Shown here piece after piece: positions 50,642 to 63,979 of a DNA stretch of 64,000 nt. Numbering within the stretch: the stretch's first letter is position 1; every line of letters begins with the position of its first letter. The stretch covers positions 18,290,001 to 18,354,000 of the forward strand of contig NW_027361677.1 of the NCBI RefSeq assembly GCF_039654945.1, given 5' to 3'. The notes under the pieces were generated by a model. That model ran no database searches. It was not told where the DNA came from and worked only from the letters and a program-made list of their open reading frames with translations. Origin of the DNA: Dendrobates tinctorius. Its lineage: Eukaryota. The position numbers were made by a program, and so were the translations under genes.

Positions 50642-50707
50642 TTAGTTCTCGGACAGTGACAGAGCGAGGGCCGCTTGTAACGCTGCTTCTTCATCGATGC
50701 TGTAATC
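50642..50707 (-). CDS. RNF166: E3 ubiquitin ligase RNF166, last exon (UIM)
   Basis: DYSIDEEAALQAALALSLSEN*. Confidence 0.96.
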   Translation of the reverse strand, partial: DYSIDEEAALQAALALSLSEN

Positions 50708-50770
50708 CTGGAAAACAGAGACCCGAAAATATAGGTGAGACTGCAGAAGGGGGCATTCCACCTTGATACA

Positions 50771-51425
50771 TAGCTCACTTCCAGCGTATATTACTGGGAG
50801 AGACACACAGATCTCACATCCAGCCTATATTACTGGGAAAGACACACGGATCTCACATCCAGCCATATTACTGGGAGAGACACAAAGAACTCGCATCCAG
50901 CTTATATTACTGGAAGAGACAAACGGATCTCACATCCAGCCTTTATTACTGGGAGAGACACACAGAACTCGCATCCAGCCTATATTACTGGAAGAGACAC
51001 ACAGAGCTCACATCCAGCCTATATTACTAGGAGAGAGACACGGATCTCGCATCCAGCCTATATTACTAGGAGAGACACACGGATCTCGCATCCAGCTAAT
51101 ATTACTGGGAGAGACACACGGATCTCGCATCCAGCCTTTATTACTGGGAGAGACACACAGAACTCGCATCCAGCCTATATTACTGGAAGAGACACACAGA
51201 GCTCACATCCAGCCTATATTACTAGGAGAGAGACACGGATCTCGCATCCAGCCTATATTACTAGGAGAGACACACGGATCTCGCATCCAGCTAATATTAC
51301 TGGGAGAGACACACGGATCTCGCATCCAGCCAATATTACTGGGAGAGACACACGGATCTCGCATCCAGCCAATATTACTGGGAGAGACACACAGATCTCA
51401 CATCCAGCCTATATTACTGGGAGAC
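50771..51425. repeat. 39-bp minisatellite (~17 copies) in RNF166 intron 5
   Basis: Unit CACGGATCTCGCATCCAGCCTATATTACTGGGAGAGACA; 195-bp (5-unit) higher-order duplication. Confidence 0.93.
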
Positions 51426-51480
51426 AGGTCTGCAAGGGAAAAGCCTGAAACTGCTTCTCATTGCTCGTGAATATACATAC

Positions 51481-51588
51481 CACAAATGTGTCGTACGAGA
51501 ATTTATGCCGGTGAAGAAGGTGCTGAAGAAAATTGGCACTCTTGTAGCTGGGATCCCCCCATGGCATTGCTGAACAAATAGGGCAAAC
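51481..51588 (-). CDS. RNF166: RNF166 exon 5
   Basis: [36 protein letters not shown]. Confidence 0.96.
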
Positions 51589-52399
51589 CTAAAAGGCATA
51601 AAAATAAAAAGTGCAGGAACTGCAGCAGTCATAAACAGAGCTGTAATCATGTTAAATCCAATGTACTGAATCACATGCAGTTTTATGTTCTGAATAATTA
51701 CGCTCCTGTTTTTATTTAATCATTGGGAAAACTTAAAGCGGAAGTTTACTTAGAAAAGAAAAATCCCCTCAACGATCAGTTGTTCTGATGCTGGGACCCT
51801 CAGTGATTAGTTTCAGTAATATGAAGCATTGCTCCGTGCCCACTGGCATCCACAGACTTGCCCTATACAAACACCAGGTCCTCCAGAGCCAGAGATGTTC
51901 TTTATAGCACCTCCTTGGCTAACGAAGGAGGGTCCTGAATGGGGGAAAAATTTTTGAGAAGGATCTAATTATTTTTAAATTAATATATTTTGCAATTTGC
52001 TTGAAAAAGAAGCATGGTCGTGGCTGATGCATTTACAGCTTCACTTTCTTGCAGGATGAGGAGGTGCATATATATGAGCAGAGGGAACCAAATGATGAAA
52101 ATTAGGCAACCGCTGACAGTTTTTGTCTTGAAGTTGGGTTATATCAGTGGTCTTGTAGCCGGATTGCAAAACTTCTTTATTTTTGTGTGCACTTTGATCT
52201 GAATCACACAGGACGTGTCTGAGCAAAAGCAGAAGTGTCTGACAGATGGGGAAAACACGGGCCTTAGTTTGCTAAGTGCCGCAAATATGAGATTTTCACG
52301 ACCGGTCATGAGCAAACTGCAGAATAAAGCCCGGGGTACACTATGTTTTTAATAAGGGCACCATGTAACTTTTCCTAACACTTCCCGTCTCCAACCTAC

Positions 52400-52514
52400 C
52401 ACTTTGTTGGAGTCACTTCTATGGTTCTCCATGCAGTGTTTCACAAGTTCTTGCTGGTCCAGATTTCGGGCTCCACAATATGGGCACACGAAGGTGGAAC
52501 GGTTTGGAATATTA
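52400..52514 (-). CDS. RNF166: RNF166 exon 4
   Basis: (S)NIPNRSTFVCPYCGARNLDQQELVKHCMENHRSDSNKV. Confidence 0.96.
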
Positions 52515-52742
52515 CTGAGAAAAGAAATTACAGCAGGAGTTGCATTACTCTCCAAATTAAAAAACAAAAAAAAAAACCTAATTGTTTATCGGAATCCCTG
52601 AAACTTTTTATGGTCTGAAAATGGTGACGAATAAAACTTAGGTCAGTGATATCTTTTAAAATACAGTACGTGAATATATTCCTAATAATCAGTTACCCAG
52701 ACAGCGTGATAAAGCAAGTCAGCAAACGATGGGAGTGATTAC

Positions 52743-52855
52743 CTGGGAATAGGTTGAGATGTTGGGACTACAGGAACAAACTTTGGACAGTTGGCCATCT
52801 GTTCTTGGACTTTGGCACATGAAGAAATGTGAGATCGCATCTTTGCGAGGGTCAC
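52743..52855 (-). CDS. RNF166: RNF166 exon 3
   Basis: VTLAKMRSHISSCAKVQEQMANCPKFVPVVPTSQPIP(S). Confidence 0.96.
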
Positions 52856-52997
52856 CTATAAGGAAAAAAACACATATTTACTTTTTTTGTTTAGTCTCCA
52901 CATTTAAAAATCCGTAAACTTTTTTTTTTTTTTCATTGATGTAAAAGCATCATGGCCATTTTTGTATATATTTTTTTAAATGGTGCATATGTTTTAA

Positions 52998-54170
52998 CTC
53001 CTTAATGACCAGGGGTATTTTTGGTTTTGCATTTTCATTTTTTGCTCCCCTTTTTCCCCAGTGCCATAACTTTTTTTTTATTTTTCCGTCAATATGGTCA
53101 TGTGAGGGCTTATTTTTTGTGGGACGAGTTGTACTTTTGAACGACGCCATTGATTTTACCATGTTGTGTACCAGAAAACGGGAAAAAAAATACCAAGAGC
53201 AGTGAAATTGCTTTTTTTGCTAGGTTCACTAAATGCTAAAACTGACCTGCCGTTATGATTCTCCAGGACATTACGACTTCAGACACCAAACATGTCTAGG
53301 TTCTTTTTTTTTTTATCTAAGTGGTGAATTTAAATTCCAAAGTTTGTAAAAAAAAAAAAAAAAATTGCCATGTTCCGATACCCGTAGCGTCTCCATTTTG
53401 TCGGGATCTGGGCTGGGTGAAGGCTTATTTTTTGCGCTCGAGCTGACGTTTTTATTGATACCATTTTGATGCAGATACGTTTGTTTGATCGCCCGTTATT
53501 GCATTTTATTGCAATGTTGTGGTGACAAAAAAATCGTAGTAATTCAGGCATTTTGAATTTTTTTTTTCTCACTACGCCGTTTACCGATTTGAATTCTTTT
53601 TATATATTGATAGATCGGGCGATTCTGAATGCGATGATGCCATATGTGTATATTAGTTTTTTTTTTAATTATTATTTTTGAAATTATTTTTTTTTTTTTT
53701 TAAATATTTTGAAAAGCTTTTTTTTTTACCTTTTACTTCAGTACTTTCCATGGGAGACTTGAAGATGCAATTGTCCGATTACCTCTGCTACTTAGAGCAG
53801 AGCTGCAGCCCTCCTTTATGTAGCAGATATGCTCACTTTCTATGAGAGCCAACCACAAGGCGGCGCTCATAGTGATCCAGCAATGACAACCACAGGGGTC
53901 TTCTGACCCCGGGTTGTCATGTCAACCCATCGGTGACCCAAGGTCATGTGGCACGGGCGCTGATGGGAGGAGGTAATGACGCGCTTCCTGCACGTGCATG
54001 TTAAATGCCGCTGTCAGAGATTGACTTGCATTTAACAGCTGCGGGTGAATCGCAATTCCACCCGCGGCTGTTCCGGCACATGTCAGCTGTCATGTCCGGG
54101 AGAAGGTGCAGGCTCCGGCGATGGGGAGGGGTCCAATGACGGACTTTGTCAGTCATTGGACATTAAGGGG
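52998..54170. mobile_element. piggyBac-like non-autonomous element
   Basis: TTAA on both sides; TIRs CTCCTTAATG / CATTAAGGGG. Confidence 0.75.
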
Positions 54171-54652
54171 TTAAAGTTATATAACATTTATTTTTTTTCT
54201 GTGATGGCGGTGTAAAAATAGGGATTTTTGTGTGTACTCACCCTAAAATCCTTTTCTAAGAGCCAGTCATTGGGGGACACAGGAACATGGGTGTTATGCT
54301 GCTTGCCACTAGGAGGACACTAACTGAACACAGAAAAAAGGTAACTCCTCCTCTTCAGTATACACCCTCCCACTGGCTGAGATTTCCCCAGTTCGGTGAA
54401 AAAGCAGTAGGAGTATTAAACAAAGAACATTAAACTATGTCAAAACCTAAGAACGAGACAACAAGCCAATAGGCTAACAGGGTGGGTGCTGTGCCTCCCA
54501 ATGATTGGCTCGAAGAAAAGGATTTTACGGTGAGTACACAAAAATCCCTATTTCTCCTACGCCTCATTGGGGGACACAGGACCATGGGACGTCTTAAAGC
54601 AGTCCCTGGGTGGGAAGTAATCACAACTGCTAATACCCAATGTACCACTGAC

Positions 54653-55827
54653 TTAACAATGTGGTACTGCCGATTGCAGGATGCGTCTGCCAAGAGCTGC
54701 ATCCGCAGAGGCCTGAGAGTGAATTTGGTAGTGTTTTGTAAAAGTATGCAAGCTGGACCAAGTTGCAGCCTTGCAGACCTGTTCTGCTGACGTCTGGTGC
54801 CGAATGGCCCAAGAGGCGCCCACTGATCGGATAGAATGCACCTTAATCCCTGCTGGGACAGGTGTGCTCCTGACACGGAAGGATTCCTGAATAGCTGAGC
54901 GAATCCACTTGGCTAGTGTGGCTTTAGAGGAGGCTAGACCCTTCTTATGCCCCTCTGGAAGCATGAACAGGGCATCTGACTTGCGGAAGGGAGCCGTCCG
55001 CGAGATGTACCGTCTAAGAGCTCTAGCCACATCCAGGGTGTCGAGGGCCTTGTCGATACCATGGACTGGTGCCGGACAGAATGAAGGCAAAACAATCTCC
55101 TCATTGAGATGAAAAGAAGACACTACTTTGGGCAGAAAAGACGGGGACCTCCTCAAAACTGCTTTGTCCTGATGAAAAGTCAGGAACGGAGGATGTCAGG
55201 AAACGGCCGCCAACTCCGAAACTCCTCTGATGTAATCGCCACTAGGAAAACCACCTTCCAGGAAAGAAAGGTTAGTGATACGTCCCGCAGTGGTTCAAAA
55301 GGGGCTTCCTGTATGGCTCCGAAGACCAAGTTAAGATAACATGAATCCAACGGCATTTTATAGGGAGGCGCCACATGGGAAACTCCCTTAATGAATGTCT
55401 TCACCTGCAACTTGGTGGCAATTTTGTGTTGGAATAGAACTGACAAAGCTGAAGTTTGTCCTTTGAGTGAGCTAAGCACGAGACCCGACTCTAATCCGGA
55501 TTGTAGGAATTCCAATATGGAAGGGATGGAGAATACGAAAGGGGAACGTCCATGGTCCTTGCACCACGAGAAGATGATCCTCCAGGTGTGGTGATAAATG
55601 CGCATGGACATGGGCTTCCTAGCACTGATCATGGTGGAGAGCACCTCTTGAGAGAAACCAGCTTGTGCTAAAATCCAGGATTCAACGGCCACGCTGTCAA
55701 AGACACTGCCCCGGAATTCTGGTGGTAAATCGGGCCCTGTGAGAGTAGATCCATGCGATCTGGAAGTCGCCAGGGAAAGTTGGCGATAAGTTGGACTAGT
55801 TTTGCGTACCATGCCCAGCGTGGCCAA
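54653..55827 (-). pseudogene. DIRS tyrosine recombinase (frameshifted)
   Basis: LSWKVVFLVAITS, FLPKVVSSFHLNEEIVLPSF, HSIRSVGASWA...CKAATWSSLHTFTKHY. Confidence 0.9.
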
Positions 55828-57558
55828 TACGGCGCGACTAGGACCACTGGTACCCCCTGTGCTCTGATTTTCTTGATGTCCCTTGGAAGCAAGGGAAGAG
55901 GGGAAAAATGTACAGGAGTCGAAACCGGTGCCACGGCAGAACTAGGGCATCTGCTCTGATTGTGCATGAATAGCGCGATCGTTCAATGAATCGAGGAACT
56001 TTGTTGACGCCATGAGATCCACATCCGGAGTCCCCCAGCGACGACAAATCTGCTGAAAAACTTCCAGATGAAGAGACCACTCCACTGAGGCGAGGCCCTG
56101 GCGACTGAGACAATCCACTGCCCAATTTTCTACCCCCGAGATGTGGATCGCCGGGATGGGCGAATGGTTGGTCTCGGCCCAACGGAGGATATGACTCACT
56201 TCGTGCATGGCCATCCTGCTCCGGGTACCCCCCTGACGGTTGATATACGCCACAGTCGTGGCGTCGGATTGGATCCTGATGGGGTGACCTGCGAGGAGAT
56301 GGTGGAAACTCAGTAGGGCTAGTCTGATCGCTCGTATTTCCAAGATGTTGATGGGGAGACGTGATTCTCGAATGGACCAACGACCCTGTGCCGTGTGGTG
56401 GCGAAAAACTGCACCCAAGCCCAGAAGACTTGCGTCAGTGGTCACCACCAACCATCGTACTGGGAGAAAAGACTTCCCTTGATTCAGGGAGGATTTCAGT
56501 GTCCACCACCTGAGGGTTTGTCTGACCCGCAGGGACAGAAGGAACCGACGGTCTAGGGAGAACGGGTTCTTGTCCCAAGCAAACAGCAACGCATGTTGTA
56601 AGGGACAGAGATGGAACTGTGTGAATGGGACCGCTTCTATCGCTGTTACAATCTTTCCGAGAATCCCCATGCTGAAACGTATGGAGTGAGAAACTGGTCG
56701 GGAAAGAGTCCGCGCTCCCTGTTATAAGGCTTGGGCCTTTTCCGGAGGGAGAATGACCAACCCGCGGGAAGGGTCCAACATCATTCCCAAAAAGGAAACA
56801 TGCTGAGCTGGTGCTGGAGAAGAGATTTCGAAGTTTATCTTCCAACCCAGGCGAGAAAGTGTATTTACTGTGATACCTACGGATTCCCCGCAGGCTGGAA
56901 GGGACGGGCCCTTGATCAGTAGGTCGTCCAGATACGGATGCACCACCACTCCCCGAGCGTGAAGAATGGCCATGACAGCCGCCATGACTTTGGTAAAGAC
57001 TCTGGGGGCGGTGGCGAGTCCGAAAAGGCAAGGCAACAAACTGGAAGTGTTCTTGGCAAATTGCGAAGCGCAGGAACTGCTGGTGGGATGGGCAAATTGG
57101 GATGTGAAGGTAAGCATCCTTGATATCGGTGGATGCTAGGAACTCTCCTCTTTCCATGGAGGCTGCGACTGAATGGAGAGATTCCATTCTGAATCGCCGT
57201 ACCTTGACAAACTGATTTAACAGCTTGAGGTCCAGTATGGGCCGCATCGTTCCGTCCTTCTTTGAAACCACAAAAAGGTTTGAATAAAAACCCTTGAACC
57301 TTTCGTCTTGAGGGATCTGAATGATGACTCCGTCCCTTTTGAAGCGCATGAACGGTCCTAAGGAAAGCTGTTGTCTTTGTTTTGGGAGGTGAGGAACGGA
57401 AAAAACGTGTCGGGGGTGTGGGGTTGGTTGAAAACTATTTTGTATCCGGAGGACACCAGCTCTCTGACCAACTCATCGTGGACGACCGCAAGCCAGGTCT
57501 GACTGAACGAAAGTAGACGACCGCCTACTTTGTCTGTGTCTTCCAGATACCGCAACAA
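55668..57558 (-). pseudogene. DIRS RT / RNase H / methyltransferase-like ORF (frameshifted)
   Basis: RPILDLK, DIKDAYLH, FGLATAPRVFTK, YLDDLLI, TTDASLLG, INILEIRAI, WGTPDVDLMAS, LVAPYWPRWAWY. Confidence 0.9.
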
Positions 57559-57559
57559 G

Positions 57560-58997
57560 TCATTGTGTAGAGGATCTATGGGATCTGGCTCCCCTAGATC
57601 CAGATGCCCTTGGCCTGGGTGTCCAAGAGCTGTTAGGTCTGTATCAGACCTGGGAACCTCTGTCTCAACGCGGAGACTGACCTGATCCAGAAGAGAAGGT
57701 TGTGGAGGACCAACTGGAATTGCTGCAAAAGGGACAAAAATGAGTCGGCTGATTCTGAAACAGCCGGACGGGCCTTTGTTGGGGAAGGAATTTACTCAAA
57801 ACCCCCCGGGTAGCGTCAGAAATGAGCTGATCCAGTTTGTCTCCAAATAGACGACCAGTTTGATAAGGCAGAGAAGTCAACAATCTTTTGGAAGTGGAAT
57901 CTGCCCGCCAGACGCAGAGCCATAGGGCTCTTCTAATGGAGACTGCATTAGCGGCTGCCTGTGCAGCGCAGTTGGCATCTAAAGAAGCTTCCACTACAAA
58001 GTCTCCAGCGTGAACTATCTGATTGGCGAGACTGACAACCTCCGGAGGAAGATTGCTATCCTGGATGTCAGTAACTAACACCTCTGCCCACGTGGCCATA
58101 GCCTTAGCCACCCAAGTCGCTGCGAAAGATGGAACGAGTGCCGCTTCTGAAGCTTCAAAGACTGATCGAGCAAGGTAGTCAAGTTGACGATCAGAGGGGG
58201 TTTCTGACTGAAGAACCTTCAGAAACGGAAAGAAGCGTTTTGGAAGCAAGGGTATCCACAGAAGGGGACTGTAACCAATCCTTTATTAGTTTTGGAGCAA
58301 AAGAGTATTTAGCCTCAATAGGTTTTTGCCCTGAAAACCGTTTGTGTGGCCGGTCCCTATGTCTCTGGACAATGCCCTTAAACTCCGGATGGCTGGCAAA
58401 TACCCTAGGCACATGTTTAGTCTTTTTTAAAAGAAACAACGTGTTCCGGAGCGGGAATATTCTCGTCCAACCTCAGGATGTTGTTGACTGACTCTATAAG
58501 AGAATCAAGCGATTCTTGATCCTTTGGGGGATTCTGGAGTACTGACGTGTCAGACTCGTATTCAGAGTCATGTTCGCTGCGAACATTAGGAGATGGAGAG
58601 TGAAACAGAGCTCGCAGATGCTGAAGCGCAAGCGTGACTGGGGGACGCATCATGTGCTCGCTTTCTAGAGACCTGATCATCCCTTGAACAAGTGCGGCCC
58701 CTGCTGGTGGACGGTTCCCGGCCGTCGCCAGAGCCCTCCTCGGTCGGCAAAGGCACGTTCTGACTTAGAGGAGTCCCGGAGGGAGTCTATAGCCTTGGTC
58801 AGTGACTCCAGACCGTGACAGGGACGCAGCCCACTCGGGACTAAATTCAGAGGGCCCGGTGACGGCGGATGGCGTTTGGGCACTGGGAAAGGCAATCTTG
58901 CAAGTGGCACAAGAGGTAAAGAACGCAGTGTATTTCTTAGTAGCCCTTTTGGCCTCCTTAAATTGAGACCTAGTGCCTCCAAAAGGGTTACAGGCAT
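57560..58997 (-). pseudogene. DIRS ORF1 (gag-like), fragmented
   Basis: Position upstream of RT; SIRRALWL...LTSLPYQTGRLFGDKLDQLI motif typical of DIRS1 ORF1. Confidence 0.75.
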
Positions 58998-60027
58998 AGC
59001 CTGGGCTGCAGATGATGTAAATGTGCAGAGAAGGGGTTAAGCTTTCTTCCTAAGGCAGATGCAGCTTACCCACGGTCCTGATGCTGTGTCCCCAGGAGGA
59101 GTATCGGAGGCCCTGCAGCGTTGTCAGGTGCTGTCAGTCAGTGTGCGCCCCCCACAGCCATCACCGAGCATGCTGAGGTAAAAGACATGGCCCCCGAGAC
59201 TTAGCAGGGGCGCTTCTCGTTCAGAGCGAGAAGCGCCAAGGACGTGGGCGGCGGCGCCATGTAAATTGCCGCCTAGTCTGGCCGAAAAGCCGGGGACTAA
59301 ATTTCTGGGCCTGCCAAAGCTGAGCGCCGGATGAAAGGAAAAACGGGGGACCGCCGCTGACACTAGGTCAGCACTTTTCCCAGGGACCAGGACCCGACCC
59401 CCGTACCTCCGATCAGGTGCTTATGCAGGCCGCGCTGTCCGGGACCCAGCTGCAAATTTCATCCTCCCGGCGATGCAGCAGAGCTGGAGGAGTTCTTAAA
59501 GGGGTATACCTCAATCCATTCTCCCTATAGGCAAGGGGATGGAGAGGCTATGGGGCTGATTCAGGCCATCAGAAGCGCTCCTCAAGTGTGGTCTTCTCCG
59601 TGCATATGCCCTTTTATCCGTGCGAGGAGATCGGGACCGTGAACGAACTGTCACCCTGAAGAATCAGGTATGCCCCAGCCGTCGCAGGAGGGTACGGGGA
59701 GGTATACTCCGTGTTCTCGCCTGTTGTTGGTGCGGGGGAGAGCGGACCCTTGAAAGGAACCTGTCGCCCCCTTCACTCCGTTAATTAAAAAATTAAAATT
59801 TACAGAAAAAAATTCAAAAATTGAAAATAAAAACAATAGGGTCTGAAGCCAGACCCAAGTGCCTCCTACAGACACTAAGCAAGAACTGGAGAAGTCTCAT
59901 CCAGCGAGAGGGTGTATACTGCAGGGGAGGAGCTAACTTTTTTTCTGGTTTACTTAGTGTCCTCCTAGTGGCCAGCAGCATAACACCCACAGTCTGTGTC
60001 CCCCAATGAGGCGTAAGAGAAAACACA

Positions 60028-60437
60028 GGCTATGTTCATACGTTGCGGTTTGCAGCGTTTTTTAATGCAAATTTTAAGCTGTTTACAAAAGGCAGGTTTT
60101 TGCTGCCTTTTTTGAGAGTTTATGTCAGGGTACATTTGTCTCTTGAGCATGCTGATAGAAAAATCTAATTCAACTTCATCAGGTTATGGCACCAAAAACC
60201 TGATACCTGCGTTTTTTTGCACTACACATTGCTTTAAATGGGTGAAAAACGCTGCAAAAACGCTGAAAGAAGGGACAGGCTGCATTTTGAAAAAAAGTAG
60301 ATCTTTGATAAACCAGTCAAGAAAAGAAAAAGAAAGGTCTGCGCACGAGATTCCCGAAATCTCAGACTTTGCTCATAATGGGAAATGCAGCTGAAAGTTT
60401 AGATTAATAAACGTTGCAAAAACGCAACAACGTAGCC
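60028..60437. mobile_element. PIF/Harbinger-type MITE abutting the DIRS element
   Basis: GGCTATGTTCATACGTTGCG ... CGCAACAACGTAGCC termini. Confidence 0.6.
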
Positions 60438-61006
60438 TAATTCCGCTATTGGTTTTCAGTTTTAATCATTTATCGTGATTCCTACAATGCATTTTATGTT
60501 GCATAAGACTTTTTTCAGCACTTTTTAGTGCATTTAGTAGAATTTTTTTAGGTTTACGGTGTGGGATACATGTGTATATTTTAGGATTGTTACAGAACAG
60601 TTGATGCCTGTTAATTTATTTTTTACAAATAAAAGTTTATCAGGGGAAAAAAGTGGTCATTTTTATTTTTTACTTGGAATTTTTTAAATTTTCCTTCTAA
60701 ACCTTTTTCCTAAGTCCCAGTAGGGGACTTGGACATGCCATATGCGCATATAATACACGGCAATATTCCAGTTTTACGCCGTCATCGTAGGCTCTAATAT
60801 ACAATCATCAGGCCCCTGGATGGTTAGGGGTCATGGGGTGCTCTCTTCCTTTATCTAACTGTTTAGATGCTGCACATTAACAGTGCCATCTAAGGGATTA
60901 TATGGCTGTAATTGGCGTTAGCTCCGATCCGGGCCGTTAGGGCTGACAATTTGCTTAAAGAACAAGAATCCTTTATGACTTGAGGTGCAGACACAGCGGC
61001 ACTTAC

Positions 61007-61163
61007 CTTCTTACTGCAGCCTCTGCAGGGGGCCTTATAGGAAGAGAGCTGCTTGTCTACATTGGAGGCCTTCTCCACCTTCTTTGGGTCAAACGGCATA
61101 CGACACAGCGGGCACAGAGGAGAGGAAACCTGAAGACATGGCTGCAGGCACTCGCCGCAAAAC
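61007..61163 (-). CDS. RNF166: RNF166 exon 2 (C-terminal half of RING and start of C2HC)
   Basis: FCGECLQPCLQVSSPLCPLCRMPFDPKKVEKASNVDKQLSSYKAPCRGCSKK; tttcag/gtaagt. Confidence 0.96.
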
Positions 61164-62457
61164 CTGAAAGAAAAACGGCCCATATTTTTTTTTTGCAGCA
61201 GTTTGAAGATGGCGGAACGCTACCAACCAAAAGGAATCCACGGGAAAATAAAAAATGCAGGTGTGTGGGCGTTCATTAACTCCTCCACTGCACACTGATA
61301 AGTGACACAGAGCATGACAGGCTTGTAGAGCGTCTCGATTCATCATGCCTGTAGTGTTCTGTGCCGCCTGCGCTGGCTGTGTATGATTGAGGACTGTAAT
61401 ATTGTTCGACTTGCTTTAAATTCTCAGAAATGCCGACTTTACGCTCGGCAGCAACATAACTGGGGAAGGCGGCATTCATCACCAGGCGGGTATAAAGCAA
61501 TCACATTAGCCTTGCCTCTGCAGGGATGAAATAAGTCGACGTATCATCGGGGGTGTAAAAATAAAGGGGCGACCTCCCATCCAGACAAGATAGACCAGAA
61601 CCTATGCAAATCCAGTAGGGTGTTTAATAACAATGACCTGAAAGCTGTAGCTGTTGGGAAACTACTACTCCCAGAATGCCCTGAGAGCTGGCCGCTGCTC
61701 TAGCAATGCCCTGCATGTCAATGAATCTATGCTAGCCTGCAATTTTCGGAAGACTGGCTGTGATCTTAAGAGATCTGGCTTACAGTGTCCAGTCTAGTCG
61801 TTGGGGATATGATCTCTGCGGCCGATCATGTTTTTCCCCCTCCATGTCTGTATGGACCTTGTGAACTAGACACAGTCATGGGGAACAGAAGAGTGCCTTC
61901 GCCGCACGCAGCATTGATCTTTCGGCCTTTGGGTGAGAAGGAAGCCCCCATTTTGATCCTCTGATGAACCCTTGAATTCTTAGAGGGGGAAACGTGTCCG
62001 GAATATGACAATCTATGGCTGATAAGCATTAGTCAATTACACTCTGGTGTTTTTTAACATGGCATGGCTATTTTTTTAAGCCTAGGGAATATGATCATTT
62101 GTGGCCGATAAGTATCTTTAATTTATTTTGTTGGCATTGAATTTTTGTTTACTATATGTGGGAATAAGATCATTTATCATTGGTTAATATCCCAAAATTT
62201 CCTTAGTGTGACCGATGTGATATTCTTGTAAACTTATGCCTACCATTGGCTGCTGAAGAAACCTGTGCTTTGGAAATTAGGGTTAATAGGCGTTTTTTTT
62301 ATACTGAATTTTCTACATTTTTCGTTTTTGGACCTATTGATGGTCCTCAATTACCGCAACCCCTATTGACTCTCTCAAATATCCTAATGTTATTTCTGTA
62401 GCTGAGCAATGGAGCAAAGTATTATATGATTTCTGAATGCACTATAGGAATATATCA

Positions 62458-62516
62458 TCATTTAATCCTTGAGAAAGGTCCGCACCCTTTCTGGACCGAA
62501 ACGTCGCACTGAATGG
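62458..62516 (+). ncRNA. Minimal hammerhead-ribozyme-like motif of Penelope-like element type
   Basis: CTTGAGAAA-GGTCC..GGACC-GAAACGTC with flanking CATTTA/TGAATG pairing; AATAAA follows at ~62537. Confidence 0.5.
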
Positions 62517-63329
62517 GCACATAGCCCGTTGGGCTGAATAAAACATCATCATATTGAACTTTCTTAGGTGTGCTGCTTTCAGTTTTTGATGGATACTTTA
62601 AAGGTTTGGTATATGTCTGGGAGCGTGCACCCACTTTTTCTTATTTTTGTGCTGCTTTTTCATTTTTTCACTCCATCATGTAATCCTATATTTTTTTCCA
62701 CTTAGTGGATATCTATCCACAATGGTGCATATTAGGGTGTTTTTGTTGAGGCATGTCCACAATAATATGGTTATTTAATCTGTCTAGCTGCCTATGTATA
62801 TATGATTTTTGAGGCACACTATTGAGAACAGAAGGACTAACATATTTTGCATGCTAGTGTGGGCTCTGGCTCTACCTCACAATAGCCATTTACAGCATAT
62901 CAGCACCTTAACACTCCCACATAAGATACTTATTTTCCAATTAGACAATTTCTGTCTCCCCACTAGGGGGTACTTGTTTTTGGTCTTTTTCTGTGTGTTC
63001 CATCTTTTGGTATGTTTAGGGGTGGTCTAGGGATACTTAGGGCTACCGACGTTGAGCGTGGGCGCCATTATGTCAACAACTAGGGTGCCAACCTCCGCTG
63101 ATGGGTAGGGTTTTTGGGCCTCACAGGGCAAGGTTAGCCCCCCCTTCCCCATTATCTCTGGTTATTAGACCTTTTTTATGGCAACACTGTATTTTGGGCG
63201 ATACCTGGCTGATCCTAACACCTTTTTAATATTTAGTACTTTAAATTTAAGAAAAGTTAGTTTTTAGGGGTTTTTCTTGTTTGTTTTCTTGATATTGAGA
63301 CCCCATATATTTTTTGTTGATGTTTTGTT

Positions 63330-63979
63330 CCTTCCTGAAACTGTTCCCACAAAGCTGGAAGTTACAGTAGTCTAGAATGTCTTGTGCTAAAGTACTAAGA
63401 TTTGCTATCACTGGAACAAAGGAGATGAGGCCGCCCCCTGATAACAGCCCATAGCGTTCTCCTCCACCATCTGTACAGTGGTGGCAGCATTACACCACTC
63501 CATCTGACGCTCGGCATTGTGCTTGGTGATGTACGGCTGCATGCAGCTGCTCCGCTATGAAGCTCCCCAAGAGGCATAGATTTTGTGCTGATGTTATACC
63601 AGAGGAAGTCAGGACTCTGCAGTTATGGGGTCAGCAGAGCGGTGGTGACTTTTCTGCCCTTTGCTCCTCAGCACTCGGCCCCCCGCTATGTAACATTATG
63701 GAGTCTCCACTTAGTGGCTGAGCCGCTGCAGTTCCTTCCACACCTCAATAATACCACTCACAGGTGATGGGGGAAGAAATGTCCTGACTTGAAAACTAGC
63801 TCCTATTAGCGGACCGTGCTGGTATCATTAAGCTCTGCATCACCGGCTGTTCTGTCACATGTTAGTAAAGGTAAACGACATGGTGGAGGTTATACACTGG
63901 GAGAAGATTGGGAGACTAATGGCCGGAGGTTATACACTGGGAGAACTAAATGATTAGTACTTTTCTCTGTATAGTGTAG
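63330..63979. mobile_element. Degraded Tc1-derived non-autonomous remnant
   Basis: Resembles common anuran Tc1-derived repeats; ends ...TATAGTG-TA. Boundaries approximate. Confidence 0.4.

Larger units (their letters stand above)
54216..60022 (-). mobile_element. Full-length DIRS1-type tyrosine-recombinase retrotransposon (~5.8 kb), decayed
   Basis: Inverted terminal repeats (54268-54380 vs 59895-60008); internal complementary region ~54490-54585 joining both termini; TTT ends; gag, RT/RNase H/MT and YR ORF remnants. Confidence 0.94.

Noticed and set aside
50763-51470. 235-aa ORF with 13-aa periodicity antisense to RNF166
   Set aside because: Translation of the 39-bp intronic minisatellite.
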